NCBI GenBank assembly: GCA_040382515.1
Contig: JBEIFH010000001.1
Coordinates: 21,915 to 85,914 of the forward strand
Length of the DNA stretch: 64,000 bases
Reading direction: 5' to 3'
Source: Chlamydiia bacterium
GTDB taxonomy: Bacteria; Chlamydiota; Chlamydiia; Chlamydiales; RGXB01
Both the position numbers and the translations under genes were made by a program. Below the pieces are notes generated by a model. That model saw nothing but the letters and a program-made list of their open reading frames with translations. It was not told where the DNA came from and made no database searches. Below, piece by piece: positions 48,274 through 57,535 of this stretch (its first letter is position 1; each line of letters starts with the position of its first letter).

Positions 48274-49620
48274 ATGAGCGAAAAAAAGACTATTACGGCG
48301 ATTGCGACCCCGCCGGGGGACGGCGGAGTGGGGATTATCCGCATAAGTGGCCCAAACGCTGTACCTATCGCAAGCAAAGTTGTCCTTTTTGACCTCAAAA
48401 ATGGGGACACCCATAAAGTATATTTTACTAAAGCACTCGATTGTAATGGGGAAGTCCTGGACGAGGTGTTGGTTTTTAAGATGTGTTCCCCCCGCTCCTT
48501 TACCGGGGAAGATGTTGTCGAAATCCAATGCCACGGTGGCCAGCTTATCTGTAAAAAAATTCTTGAATCCTCCCTTGATGCGGGTGCGGTTCCGGCCCAG
48601 CCCGGAGAATTTACACTAAGAGCCTTCATGAATGGCAAAATCGATCTTGCAAAAGCCGAATCGATCCAGATGTTGATCCATGCAAAAAACACGAGCGCTC
48701 TAAAGGTTGCAAAAAATCAGCTTGAAGGGCATCTGTCCGAGAAAATTCTTCACCTTCAAGAAAAGTTATTTTATCTCGCAGCTGTCATGGAAGCATCTGT
48801 CGATTATCCTGAGGAGGGGCTCGAATTTTTATCTAACGAAGAGTACCTTGATCAGCTTGGCTCATCGATTGCATCTCTAAAGCGCCTTAGGGATTCATTT
48901 TTTACGGGGAGCACTTTAAACACATCCACAAAACTCTGTCTTTTGGGGGCCCCAAACGTCGGAAAATCCTCTTTACTGAATGCCCTTTTGCAAAAAGAGC
49001 GGGCAATAGTCACCCCGATCGCAGGGACAACACGGGATTTAATTGAGGGAGAAATCCAACTTTTTGGGCACCATTTCACCTTGATAGACACAGCCGGGAT
49101 CAGGCAAACCGATGAGGTGATTGAACAAGAGGGGATCCGCCGCTCCCTATCTGCAAAAGAATCGAGCGACCTTGTCCTTTTTATCCTCGACGGCTCGCGC
49201 CCTTGTACTCCAGTCGAAAAAGAGCTTCTCGAGAAAGCAGATCCTGCAAAAACAATTGTCGTCACAAACAAATCCGATCTCATGCATCCCGAGTCGGAAC
49301 CAAAAGGGGTGCTGGTGTCTGCAAAAAATCTTTCAGGTATCGATCTACTGCAAAAACTATTGGTGGACTGGATAGAAAATCAGAATGGCAAACTCTCAAA
49401 AGAGGAGGTCATCTTAGTACAAAAACGGCACTTCGACGCTGTTGAAACTGCACTGGATTTTCTTGATGCAGTGTATCATGGCCTTGAGACTGGTATTGGG
49501 GGCGAGCTCTTGGTGATGGATATTAAGGCAGCCATCCACTCTCTTGCAACCATCATCGGACGGAATGTAACCGAGGAGGTTCTGAACCAGATCTTTAGCC
49601 ATTTTTGTGTGGGAAAGTAG
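48274..49620 (+). CDS. mnmE: tRNA modification GTPase MnmE (TrmE)
   Basis: TIAAIATPPGDGGVGIIRISG. G-domain motifs GAPNVGKSS, DTAGIR and TNKSD. C-terminal CVGK. Confidence 0.95.
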   Translation: MSEKKTITAIATPPGDGGVGIIRISGPNAVPIASKVVLFDLKNGDTHKVYFTKALDCNGEVLDEVLVFKMCSPRSFTGEDVVEIQCHGGQLICKKILESSLDAGAVPAQPGEFTLRAFMNGKIDLAKAESIQMLIHAKNTSALKVAKNQLEGHLSEKILHLQEKLFYLAAVMEASVDYPEEGLEFLSNEEYLDQLGSSIASLKRLRDSFFTGSTLNTSTKLCLLGAPNVGKSSLLNALLQKERAIVTPIAGTTRDLIEGEIQLFGHHFTLIDTAGIRQTDEVIEQEGIRRSLSAKESSDLVLFILDGSRPCTPVEKELLEKADPAKTIVVTNKSDLMHPESEPKGVLVSAKNLSGIDLLQKLLVDWIENQNGKLSKEEVILVQKRHFDAVETALDFLDAVYHGLETGIGGELLVMDIKAAIHSLATIIGRNVTEEVLNQIFSHFCVGK

Positions 49621-49626
49621 CTTTTT

Positions 49627-50247
49627 ATGCGAAGGATCGACAAAGCTAAAGCGCTTTTACAACTTTTGGATGCCACCTACCCAAAGGTGGATGTACCGTT
49701 AAAACACAATTGCCCGTTCACACTCCTTGTTGCCGTCCTTTTATCCCAACAAAGCACCGATAAAAAGGTCAACGAGATCACCCCTCTCCTTTTTGAAAAA
49801 GCCGACACTCCTGAGAAAATGGTCTCTTTAGGCGTTTTAGAAGTGCAAAAAATAATCCGCCCAATCGGATTGGCGCCGCAAAAAGCTAAAAACATTGTCT
49901 CCCTTTCGTCGATGCTGATCGATCTTTTTGCAAGCAAGGTTCCCCCTACTTTGGAAGAGCTCATGAGCTTGCCCGGAGTTGGCAGAAAAACCGCTCTTTG
50001 CGTTTTAGCACAAGCGTTTCACCAGGACGCTTTTCCCGTTGACACCCACATTTTGCGCCTTGCAAGCCGCTGGGGACTATCAAAATCGAAACAGCCGTTG
50101 AAAGTAGAAGAAGACCTAAAGAAATGTTTCCCAAAAAAAAGTTGGTCCAAGGTACATCTGCAGATTATTTTTGCCGGTAGAGAATACTGCAAGGCTTCCC
50201 CCCACTCGTTGCAATCGTGCCCTTTTTGCGCCCTAGTTTCCAAATGA
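49627..50247 (+). CDS. nth: Endonuclease III (HhH-GPD glycosylase), ending one residue short of the full Fe-S Cys set
   Basis: LLSQQSTDKKVN, HhH LPGVGRKTALCVL and VDTHILRLA. The C-terminus is C-x9-C-x2-C-x5-stop. Confidence 0.9.
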   Translation: MRRIDKAKALLQLLDATYPKVDVPLKHNCPFTLLVAVLLSQQSTDKKVNEITPLLFEKADTPEKMVSLGVLEVQKIIRPIGLAPQKAKNIVSLSSMLIDLFASKVPPTLEELMSLPGVGRKTALCVLAQAFHQDAFPVDTHILRLASRWGLSKSKQPLKVEEDLKKCFPKKSWSKVHLQIIFAGREYCKASPHSLQSCPFCALVSK

Positions 50248-50270
50248 ATAAAGGGCTTAGACCCTAAGTC

Positions 50271-50450
50271 TTTTGAGATTTTAGCTAGCGATTGCCCCAT
50301 TTTCAAAGAGCACCTCCCCTTTTTTGAAAATAGAGATCCTCGTCCAACTTAAAATGTTTTTTAAGATTGAGCTAGCGATTGCCCCATTTTCACGAGCACC
50401 TCGCCTTTGGGAAAATAGAGATCCTCGTCCAACTTAAAATTTTTCTTCAG
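50271..50450. repeat. Imperfect tandem duplication (period ~86 bp) of the psd 3' end
   Basis: GCTAGCGATTGCCCCATTTTCA...GAAAATAGAGATCCTCGTCCAACTTAAAAT occurs at 50284-50355 and again at 50371-50440, with two 1-nt indels and a few substitutions. Confidence 0.85.
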
Positions 50451-51215
50451 CAAAAGCACACACATGGAACCCCCAAAGGAGAATTTGGCAATCTGCTGCC
50501 CCTTTTCGACAAAATCCCCCTCAGCTACATCCAGATGGATCGTACCGACAAAAGTGGCCCCGACAAGAACCATGGCAAAATTTTCGAATTCGACCAGTAC
50601 CCTTTTATTTTCATGCAAGATAGCCATATTTTTTCTGATCGCTAGAGGGGATACGGAAAATAGGGGCCCATTGAGTTTACGCACCGATAACACTTTTCCG
50701 GCTAACGGGGCATGTAGGCGGTGGTAGTCTTGGGGAGCTAATCGGATCGTGAGGATTTTCCCCTCTGCAAATTTCTCGACCAGAAGCGGATCCTTAACGA
50801 GTTTTTCTATTGAAAATTGCCTCCCCTTCACCTCAAAATGGTTTCGATCGACTTCTTTGACCCTACCGTCCGCCGGACTCACAAGGACATTTTCCCCATT
50901 TTGAATCGGCCTCACTTCGGGTTTTAATGCTCTTTCAAAGAACTCAGAAAAATTTTTAAAGCTTTCCGGGGGGTGTAAAAACTCCTCCACGTCCACCCCA
51001 TATTTTTGTATAAATGGGTGAATTGTTTTTTTGCTCAAAGGAGACCTTTGAAAGCTTGCATACATCCATCCCAGGATCGGGAAGTTTGCTAGTAAAAACC
51101 TTGCAATTTTGCTGATTAAATTATCCTTGTACAGCCATATCAGGATCCCTTTTGCAGGGGGATCTTCTTCAACTTCTTGTCGCGTGTCTCTATTGAGTAA
51201 ATGGATCGTTGTCAT
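50361..51215 (-). CDS. psd: Phosphatidylserine decarboxylase proenzyme
   Basis: Typical Psd blocks (FFERALKPEVRP, SPADGRV, LAPQDYHRLHAP) and the self-cleavage region FSFGGSMCVLL. Confidence 0.92.
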   Translation of the reverse strand: MTTIHLLNRDTRQEVEEDPPAKGILIWLYKDNLISKIARFLLANFPILGWMYASFQRSPLSKKTIHPFIQKYGVDVEEFLHPPESFKNFSEFFERALKPEVRPIQNGENVLVSPADGRVKEVDRNHFEVKGRQFSIEKLVKDPLLVEKFAEGKILTIRLAPQDYHRLHAPLAGKVLSVRKLNGPLFSVSPLAIRKNMAILHENKRVLVEFENFAMVLVGATFVGTIHLDVAEGDFVEKGQQIAKFSFGGSMCVLLLKKNFKLDEDLYFPKGEVLVKMGQSLAQS

Positions 51216-51274
51216 AAAAATTGATTATATCTTCAAATTCGTTTATACTCAAGGATCAAGGATTAGGTATTTTC

Positions 51275-54253
51275 ATGGTTTTCGACCTTTTAAAACGGAT
51301 ATTTGGCACCCAGCAGACCCGTACGGTCCGCAAGTACTTCAAAATTGTGCAAAAGATCAACAGAGAAGAAGAAAAACTCCAGCCCCTTTCTGATGATGCG
51401 ATCCGGGCAAAAACGGCCGAATTCCGCACCCGTTTACAGAATGGCGAAACGACCGACGACCTTATGGTTGAAGCTTACGCTGTCGTGAAGAATGTTTGTA
51501 GACGCCTTGTGGGTACGGAGGTACATGTATCCGGTTATGATCAAAAGTGGGACATGATCCCCTACGATGTGCAAATTGTGGGCGCTATTGCAATGCACCA
51601 CCAAACAATTTGTGAAATGCAAACAGGAGAGGGAAAAACCCTCACCGCATCGATGCCGGCCTATCTGCATGGACTTACCGGAAAGGGTGTCCATGTCGTC
51701 ACTGTCAATGACTACCTTGCAAAAAGAGACTGTGAATGGATCGGCGTTATCTTCCGTTGGCTTGGGCTTGAAGTACACGCTTTGACAAATGAAACCTCTC
51801 CGATGGAAAAACAGAGCGTCTATAAATCTGACATCATCTATGGAACCGCTTCGGAATTTGGGTTTGATTATCTTAGAGATAATTCTATGGCGCAGGATGC
51901 CGACGAGCAATGTCAAAAAAAGCACTATTTTGCCATCATTGATGAAGTAGACTCCATTTTGATCGATGAAGCCAGGACCCCTCTGATCATCTCCGGTCCT
52001 GCGGGCGAATCGCGGCAGATGTACGATTCCCTCAAAGAGCACGTACACGATCTGGTCGCTTTGCAAAAAAGCCACTGCCAATCTCTTGCACTAGAGGCCA
52101 AAACGCTTTTGAACACTTTGGGTATTTTCAAAGACCTTGAGGAGTTGCCCAAGCTTACCAAAGAGCAGACAAAACTCAAGAATGAGGCGATCCGCCTCCT
52201 TTGGAAGGTTTCCAAAGGGGTCCCTACAAATAAAATTCTTTGCCAAGCTAGGGAATTTCCCGATATACGGGCCGATTTGGAGAACCTCGAAACCTACCTT
52301 CATGCCGAAGTGAACAAGGAAGAGAAGATCGAGCTTTTGACCGACTTGTACTTGATCATAGACGAGCGCTCAAATGACTTCGAGCTGACGGATAAAGGGA
52401 TCCATGCATGGAAAGGGGGAAGTGAAGATTTCACCCTGATCGACCTCACCGAAGTTTTTCAAAACATCGATGAGATGCCCCTTTCTGAAGAAGAGAAGAT
52501 GAAGGAGCGGGTGAAGGTGCGCGAAGAGGATTCGTTGAAAAAAGAGCGTGCCCACAACTTGCGACAGCTTTTTAGAGCCCATCTTACGATGGAAAAAGAT
52601 GTCGACTACATCATCCAAGACAAAAAAATCATCATTATCGATGAAAATACCGGCCGGCCACAACCGGGGCGCCGTTTTTCCGACGGACTGCACCAAGCGA
52701 TTGAAGCCAAGGAGAACCTCCCGATCCAAAGGGAAACACAGACGTACGCGACGATCACGCTCCAAAACTACTTTAGAATGTACGAACGCCTGGCGGGTAT
52801 GACCGGTACTGCGATGACAGAAGCGACCGAATTCAAACAGATTTACAATCTTGAAGTTTTGCAAATCCCGACAAACCGCCCCAACCAAAGAGCAGATGCG
52901 GACGACGAGATTTACATGACAGAAAGGGAAAAATTCCAGGCAATCCTCAAAGATATCCAGGAAAAGCATCTGATCGGAAGACCAGTTCTCGTCGGAACCG
53001 AGACTGTTGAAGCGTCCGAAAAATTTTCCCGTATTCTACAGCAGGCAGGATTGCCCCATCACGTTTTAAACGCCAAGCAACCCGAAAAAGAGGCTGAGAT
53101 CATCGCTATGGCTGGTCAGCAGGGTGCTATCACAGTTTCCACAAACATGGCCGGCCGCGGTACCGATATTAAGCTTACCAAAGAGGTAGAAAAGCTTGGA
53201 GGTCTGCACGTCGTCGGCACCACTCGCCATCAATCCAGACGTATCGACCGGCAGCTGCGTGGCCGCTCAGGACGCCAGGGTGATAAAGGGAGCTCGAAAT
53301 TTTATGTTTCGTTCGAAGATCCTTTGATGCGGCTCTTCACCTCACCGAAATTGAGTCAATTTCTAGTCCGTTTCCGCCCTCCTGAAGGGGAAGCGATTAC
53401 GGGGGGATTGATCAACCGCTCGATTGAGACGGCTCAAAAGAGGGTGGAACAAAGAAATTACGCTATTCGCAAACATACGCTTGAATATGACGATGTGATG
53501 AACCTGCAGCGTCATGAAGTGTACGCTTTCCGTAATGACATCCTCAAAAATCCAAACCCGTTCTCAATTGGAAAAAGGGTGCTTGAAGGTGTTTGCTCTA
53601 TTTTGATAGAAAAAGCGTTCCAAAACAGCCCGCGTATCGATGCAGAAGGGATGCGTCGCTTTCAAGAGATGGTATTCGCACACATGCCTATCCGTTTTAC
53701 AGAGGAAGAGATACAAAATCGCTATCAATCTGTAGATGAGCTTGAACGACTTTTTGTACAAAAAGCGCTCGAAATGTACGTCAAAAAATTGGATCATGAG
53801 GCAAAAATGATCGCAATGATCCAGACCGCTGCAGGAAAGCACACTGAACCGAACTCTGTCCTTGAGGGAGTCTTACGAAATGTTTTCATCCGTAATATCG
53901 ACCATCTTTGGCAGCAGCACCTCCTTTCAATCGACCATCTTCGCACCGAGGTGAGTCTTCTGACTATTGCCCAAAAGGATCCTCTGCTTGAATTCAAACA
54001 TGAAGCATTCCGCCTCTTCCTCGGTTTTCGTGAAGAATTGTACCAAGAAATCACTCATGCCCTTTTTTCTTTGCAGATGATGCTTCCGAACTCGGAAAAA
54101 CTCCTGGAGACATTAAAGACCATGTCCATCAGAGAGATGCCCACCTTTATCTCTTTGCAAAACTTGGAGTTAGAGGATGCAAAAGCCGAGGCACTCCCCG
54201 ATTCGCAAAATCGCTCTCCAAAAGGAATAGCACTAGAGACAGCCCATTCCTAA
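51275..54253 (+). CDS. secA: Preprotein translocase ATPase SecA
   Basis: MVFDLLKRIFG start. MQTGEGKTL (Walker A), DEVDSILIDEARTPLIISG, TNMAGRGTDI and the RQLRGRSGRQGD motifs. I prefer the internal ATG at 51275. Confidence 0.97.
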   Translation: MVFDLLKRIFGTQQTRTVRKYFKIVQKINREEEKLQPLSDDAIRAKTAEFRTRLQNGETTDDLMVEAYAVVKNVCRRLVGTEVHVSGYDQKWDMIPYDVQIVGAIAMHHQTICEMQTGEGKTLTASMPAYLHGLTGKGVHVVTVNDYLAKRDCEWIGVIFRWLGLEVHALTNETSPMEKQSVYKSDIIYGTASEFGFDYLRDNSMAQDADEQCQKKHYFAIIDEVDSILIDEARTPLIISGPAGESRQMYDSLKEHVHDLVALQKSHCQSLALEAKTLLNTLGIFKDLEELPKLTKEQTKLKNEAIRLLWKVSKGVPTNKILCQAREFPDIRADLENLETYLHAEVNKEEKIELLTDLYLIIDERSNDFELTDKGIHAWKGGSEDFTLIDLTEVFQNIDEMPLSEEEKMKERVKVREEDSLKKERAHNLRQLFRAHLTMEKDVDYIIQDKKIIIIDENTGRPQPGRRFSDGLHQAIEAKENLPIQRETQTYATITLQNYFRMYERLAGMTGTAMTEATEFKQIYNLEVLQIPTNRPNQRADADDEIYMTEREKFQAILKDIQEKHLIGRPVLVGTETVEASEKFSRILQQAGLPHHVLNAKQPEKEAEIIAMAGQQGAITVSTNMAGRGTDIKLTKEVEKLGGLHVVGTTRHQSRRIDRQLRGRSGRQGDKGSSKFYVSFEDPLMRLFTSPKLSQFLVRFRPPEGEAITGGLINRSIETAQKRVEQRNYAIRKHTLEYDDVMNLQRHEVYAFRNDILKNPNPFSIGKRVLEGVCSILIEKAFQNSPRIDAEGMRRFQEMVFAHMPIRFTEEEIQNRYQSVDELERLFVQKALEMYVKKLDHEAKMIAMIQTAAGKHTEPNSVLEGVLRNVFIRNIDHLWQQHLLSIDHLRTEVSLLTIAQKDPLLEFKHEAFRLFLGFREELYQEITHALFSLQMMLPNSEKLLETLKTMSIREMPTFISLQNLELEDAKAEALPDSQNRSPKGIALETAHS

Positions 54254-54258
54254 ATATT

Positions 54259-54292
54259 TCTCTTGGTTTTAGGACAACTAAAAACCAAGAGA
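54259..54292 (+). terminator. Perfect 12-bp hairpin after secA, without a T-tract
   Basis: TCTCTTGGTTTT (54259-54270) pairs with AAAACCAAGAGA (54281-54292). It is followed by GCGCACGG, so it is not a canonical intrinsic terminator. Confidence 0.45.
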
Positions 54293-54651
54293 GCGCACGG
54301 GAATAACAATTCTATCGATGCCAATATAAACGGGGCCCATTCAATACAACGAAAGGGCTCTCCATTTAAAGTTGCTCTGTAGGTCTGTTTTTAGATTCCG
54401 TCTTTCTATTATTCACCGATAAAATTCCAAATAGCAGCTCGAATCACTCAATTTGGCTCTTTTCTTCAAAGATCAGCTTCTCAAAAGGAATAACTGTAGG
54501 TGGCGATTAGATTTTTTTAAATACAGGTTCCCACAACTTACCCTAGATTGGCTATGACCCCTTTTTCACCGGGATTCATTTTGGGCTGAAAGTATCATTT
54601 TGACAGCCTTAATAGGGGGAATGGGACCAAATGAATCCTTTAAACAGGGTC

Positions 54652-55338
54652 TCAGTTTTGATATTTTATGTACAAAACCCTTTTTGGGTGATCTAAGTCT
54701 TCCTCTAAACTAATAACCTGAGACATTTCGAATTTATTTGCGATCCGTACCATTGGGGAGTCGCCGTGTGTGCGCATCACAAAAATTAAATTGAATGAGC
54801 GGGCTTTTTCTAAAAGAGCTTTTGTAATTTTCGTCGTAATCCCCTTTTTTTGCACAGCCTCGTCTACCATGATTTCGGATAGATAGAACACCGTTTGCAC
54901 CTTATGTGCGACCTTTTCTAATGTATTTTGAACTTTTGCCTTCATCTCTAAAGAGTTGTATTTATCTAGCAGTTCTTCAATCAGGCAGGCATACCCCCAA
55001 CCGGCTGCAAAAACTTCCCCGCTTTTATCTTCAAATGTGATGATCGTCCCTTTCGGTTTGACCACTTCTTGCATGATGTAGGCACAGGTGTCTTCTTCAG
55101 GATAGACTAATTTTAGCGGCTGACCGCAGTTTGTACAGCACTCAAGCTCAAAAAATTGGGCTCCATAATAATGGCCATTTTCACAAACTTTGTACTCGTG
55201 CCAAGGGAATCCTGCAAACGCGTGCGCATACAACCTTGCAATTTTACTAATTTGGTTCTTATTAGGTAATTGGGCGTAGCAATACTCTTGCATCACTAAA
55301 GGTTGCGAGAGTGCATCTTGTAAAGATAAAGAAAACAT
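54652..55338 (-). CDS. GNAT-family N-acetyltransferase with an inserted Cys/His zinc-knuckle-like segment
   Basis: Acetyl-CoA motif A region VDEAVQKKGITTKITKALLEKA. N-terminal segment KVCENGHYYGAQFFELECCTNCGQPL. Confidence 0.65.
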   Translation of the reverse strand: MFSLSLQDALSQPLVMQEYCYAQLPNKNQISKIARLYAHAFAGFPWHEYKVCENGHYYGAQFFELECCTNCGQPLKLVYPEEDTCAYIMQEVVKPKGTIITFEDKSGEVFAAGWGYACLIEELLDKYNSLEMKAKVQNTLEKVAHKVQTVFYLSEIMVDEAVQKKGITTKITKALLEKARSFNLIFVMRTHGDSPMVRIANKFEMSQVISLEEDLDHPKRVLYIKYQN

Positions 55339-55521
55339 TTAAATTCTTCCTCTTTGTCATCTTACAACTGTTTATTTATACTTGCAATTAAGGTCAAACC
55401 GCTATTTTTAATAGAATAAAAAATCTTTGTAATAGTTATAGACTAAAGATCGATTGAAGATACATACCCTCCAAGTTTCTTAAAATTCGTATTTTGGGAT
55501 GAAGAGCATTTGAAATAGGGT

Positions 55522-55923
55522 CTAGTCCAGTCTTTCTTCACGTATAAGACCAAAAAGCAGAAGACTTAAACTAAAAAGTAAAATCCAAGGCATCCAAAAA
55601 GTCTCGATGGTGATTTGGACCTCCTGTCTTTGCCCAACAATCCATAAAAAAAGGGCTAAAGGTGCTGTAGCACCACCCAAAAGGATGAAATAGGGGGCTT
55701 TTGTCTCCCTTTTTTGAGGAAAAATCTGGACAATCGGTTCTTCTATTTTTTGCTTATAGAAGGGCGTGAAACGCTCCTTTTCGACCCCGGTTTCAATAAA
55801 AGATCCACAGTAGGGACACTCCTCCGAGTAAAAATGGATGAATCCCTCGCAAAAAGGGCATAACCTTGAGTAATGATCCGACATATTCTTTGCCCCATAC
55901 CAGTAGGGTCGCATTTGTTTCAA
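55522..55923 (-). CDS. Zinc-ribbon membrane protein (CxxC-x12-CxxC plus two TM helices)
   Basis: LCPFCEGFIHFYSEECPYCGSFI, then hydrophobic helices YFILLGGATAPLALFLWIV and WMPWILLFSLSLLLFGLI. The start codon is uncertain. Confidence 0.55.
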   Translation of the reverse strand: MKQMRPYWYGAKNMSDHYSRLCPFCEGFIHFYSEECPYCGSFIETGVEKERFTPFYKQKIEEPIVQIFPQKRETKAPYFILLGGATAPLALFLWIVGQRQEVQITIETFWMPWILLFSLSLLLFGLIREERLD

Positions 55924-56140
55924 CTTTTGAACAAATTTTTCAAAAATAGATCTTGCCCATAGGAGCTAAATTTTTCGGGATGATTTGCGAATACGTCTGA
56001 AAAAAATCAAAAGAGGGCTCCGATACAATTTTTCAAACCGGTCTTATAGTTTTTTTCTTCATTCTTTAGCAGTGATTGATTTAGGATGAAGTATTCCTCT
56101 ATACTTAGAAAAATATATCAAATTTAAACGAGAAGTCCCG

Positions 56141-57535
56141 ATGCGAACCTACGATGTTGTTGTGATTGGAGCCGGCCCGGGTGGGTATGTGGCTGCGATT
56201 TATGCTGCCCACCAGGGATTCAAAACTGCCCTTATTTCTAAAGAGAAAGATCTAGGGGGGACTTGCTTAAACCGTGGCTGCATCCCAAGTAAAGCTCTCA
56301 TCTCCAGTGCCGAGGTGTGTAGAACCGTAACTCAAGAGGCCCAAAAACACGGGATCGAAGTCCAAGGTTCTGTCAAGGTCCATTTTGATAAGATGAGCGC
56401 AAGAAAAGATCAGGTCATACAAACAATGCAGTCTGGCTTAAAAACTACCATTTTGAGTCATGAAGTCGATTTGATTGACGGAATCGGATCTTTTGAGTCC
56501 CAAACGCGGATCAAGGTGCAATCAAATAATGGAACGGAAATGATTGATGCCACCTACATCATCATAGCCACCGGCTCCGAGGTCACCGAATTTTCAGGGG
56601 TACCGTTTGACCACAAACACATCCTTAGTTCCACATCCATTCTTGATCTCAAGGAACTTCCAAAATCGCTTGCTGTGATCGGTGGCGGCTATATTGGTTG
56701 TGAAATTGCATGTATGATGCGGGGCTTAGGGGTTGAGGTGACCATTATTGAGGCCTTGGACCGTATTATAAAACCCGTTGGCGAGTCTCCTTCCGAGCAG
56801 CTTACACAAAGCCTCACCTCTTTAGGGATCCGCTTAGAATTGTCAAAAAAGGTTATTGGATATGCAATCAACAATGGGACCGTCTCCTTACAACTCGATT
56901 CGAATGAAACCGTACAAGCCGAAAAAGTTCTGGTAGCTATCGGAAGAAGACCTTTCACCGAGGGTTTAAAACTCGATAAGGCAGGGGTATTTTCAAACTC
57001 CAGAGGTTTTATTGAGGTCGATACAGAGATGCGCACCAATATTCCAAATATTTATGCGATAGGCGATGTCAACGGTGTCTTCATGCTTGCCCATGCAGCC
57101 TCCTATCAGGGGAAGGTGGCTGTAGATGCGATGCGTAACGTCCGTCGCTCATTCAATCCCCAACTTGTCCCCCAAGTGATTTTCACAAAGCCGGAAATAG
57201 CAGTTGTGGGTACTCTAGAAGGGGCAAAGCAGGTCTTTCCCTATAGTGCGAACGGTAAAGCGGTTGCAAGCGCCAAAACTATCGGAACCATTACCGTCTA
57301 TTACGATGAACAAACGAAACGGATCCGTGGTGTCGAAATTGTTGGAGAGCAGGCAACAACAATGATTGCACTGGCTACAATGTATTTGACGCAAGAGCTG
57401 ACGCTTGAAACATTTGATACTACTATATTTGCCCACCCTACCTATGCAGAAGCGATTGTAGAACCATTTGAGATGGTCATAGACAAGCAGATCCATTTCC
57501 CACAAAAGAAAAAAAGAAAGGCTGCCTTAGTTTAA
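56141..57535 (+). CDS. lpdA: Dihydrolipoyl dehydrogenase (E3)
   Basis: VVVIGAGPGGYVAA, redox-active GGTCLNRGCIPSK, and a C-terminal HAHPTYAEA. Confidence 0.95.
   Translation: MRTYDVVVIGAGPGGYVAAIYAAHQGFKTALISKEKDLGGTCLNRGCIPSKALISSAEVCRTVTQEAQKHGIEVQGSVKVHFDKMSARKDQVIQTMQSGLKTTILSHEVDLIDGIGSFESQTRIKVQSNNGTEMIDATYIIIATGSEVTEFSGVPFDHKHILSSTSILDLKELPKSLAVIGGGYIGCEIACMMRGLGVEVTIIEALDRIIKPVGESPSEQLTQSLTSLGIRLELSKKVIGYAINNGTVSLQLDSNETVQAEKVLVAIGRRPFTEGLKLDKAGVFSNSRGFIEVDTEMRTNIPNIYAIGDVNGVFMLAHAASYQGKVAVDAMRNVRRSFNPQLVPQVIFTKPEIAVVGTLEGAKQVFPYSANGKAVASAKTIGTITVYYDEQTKRIRGVEIVGEQATTMIALATMYLTQELTLETFDTTIFAHPTYAEAIVEPFEMVIDKQIHFPQKKKRKAALV

Noticed and set aside
48141-48692. 183-aa ORF antisense to the ruvA end and the mnmE start
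   Set aside because: It overlaps two well-supported plus-strand genes and has no start context or motif.
50245-50247. Selenocysteine recoding of the nth TGA at the missing Cys position
   Set aside because: I see no convincing SECIS-like hairpin in the ~40 nt downstream, only 3-4 bp pairings. There are no Sec machinery genes in the window. The read-through product (IKGLDPKSFEILASD...) does not resemble an Nth C-terminus.
51434-52969. 215-aa and 199-aa ORFs antisense to secA (51434..52081 and 52370..52969)
   Set aside because: Both are embedded in a full-length, motif-complete secA and have no motifs of their own. Shadow ORFs.
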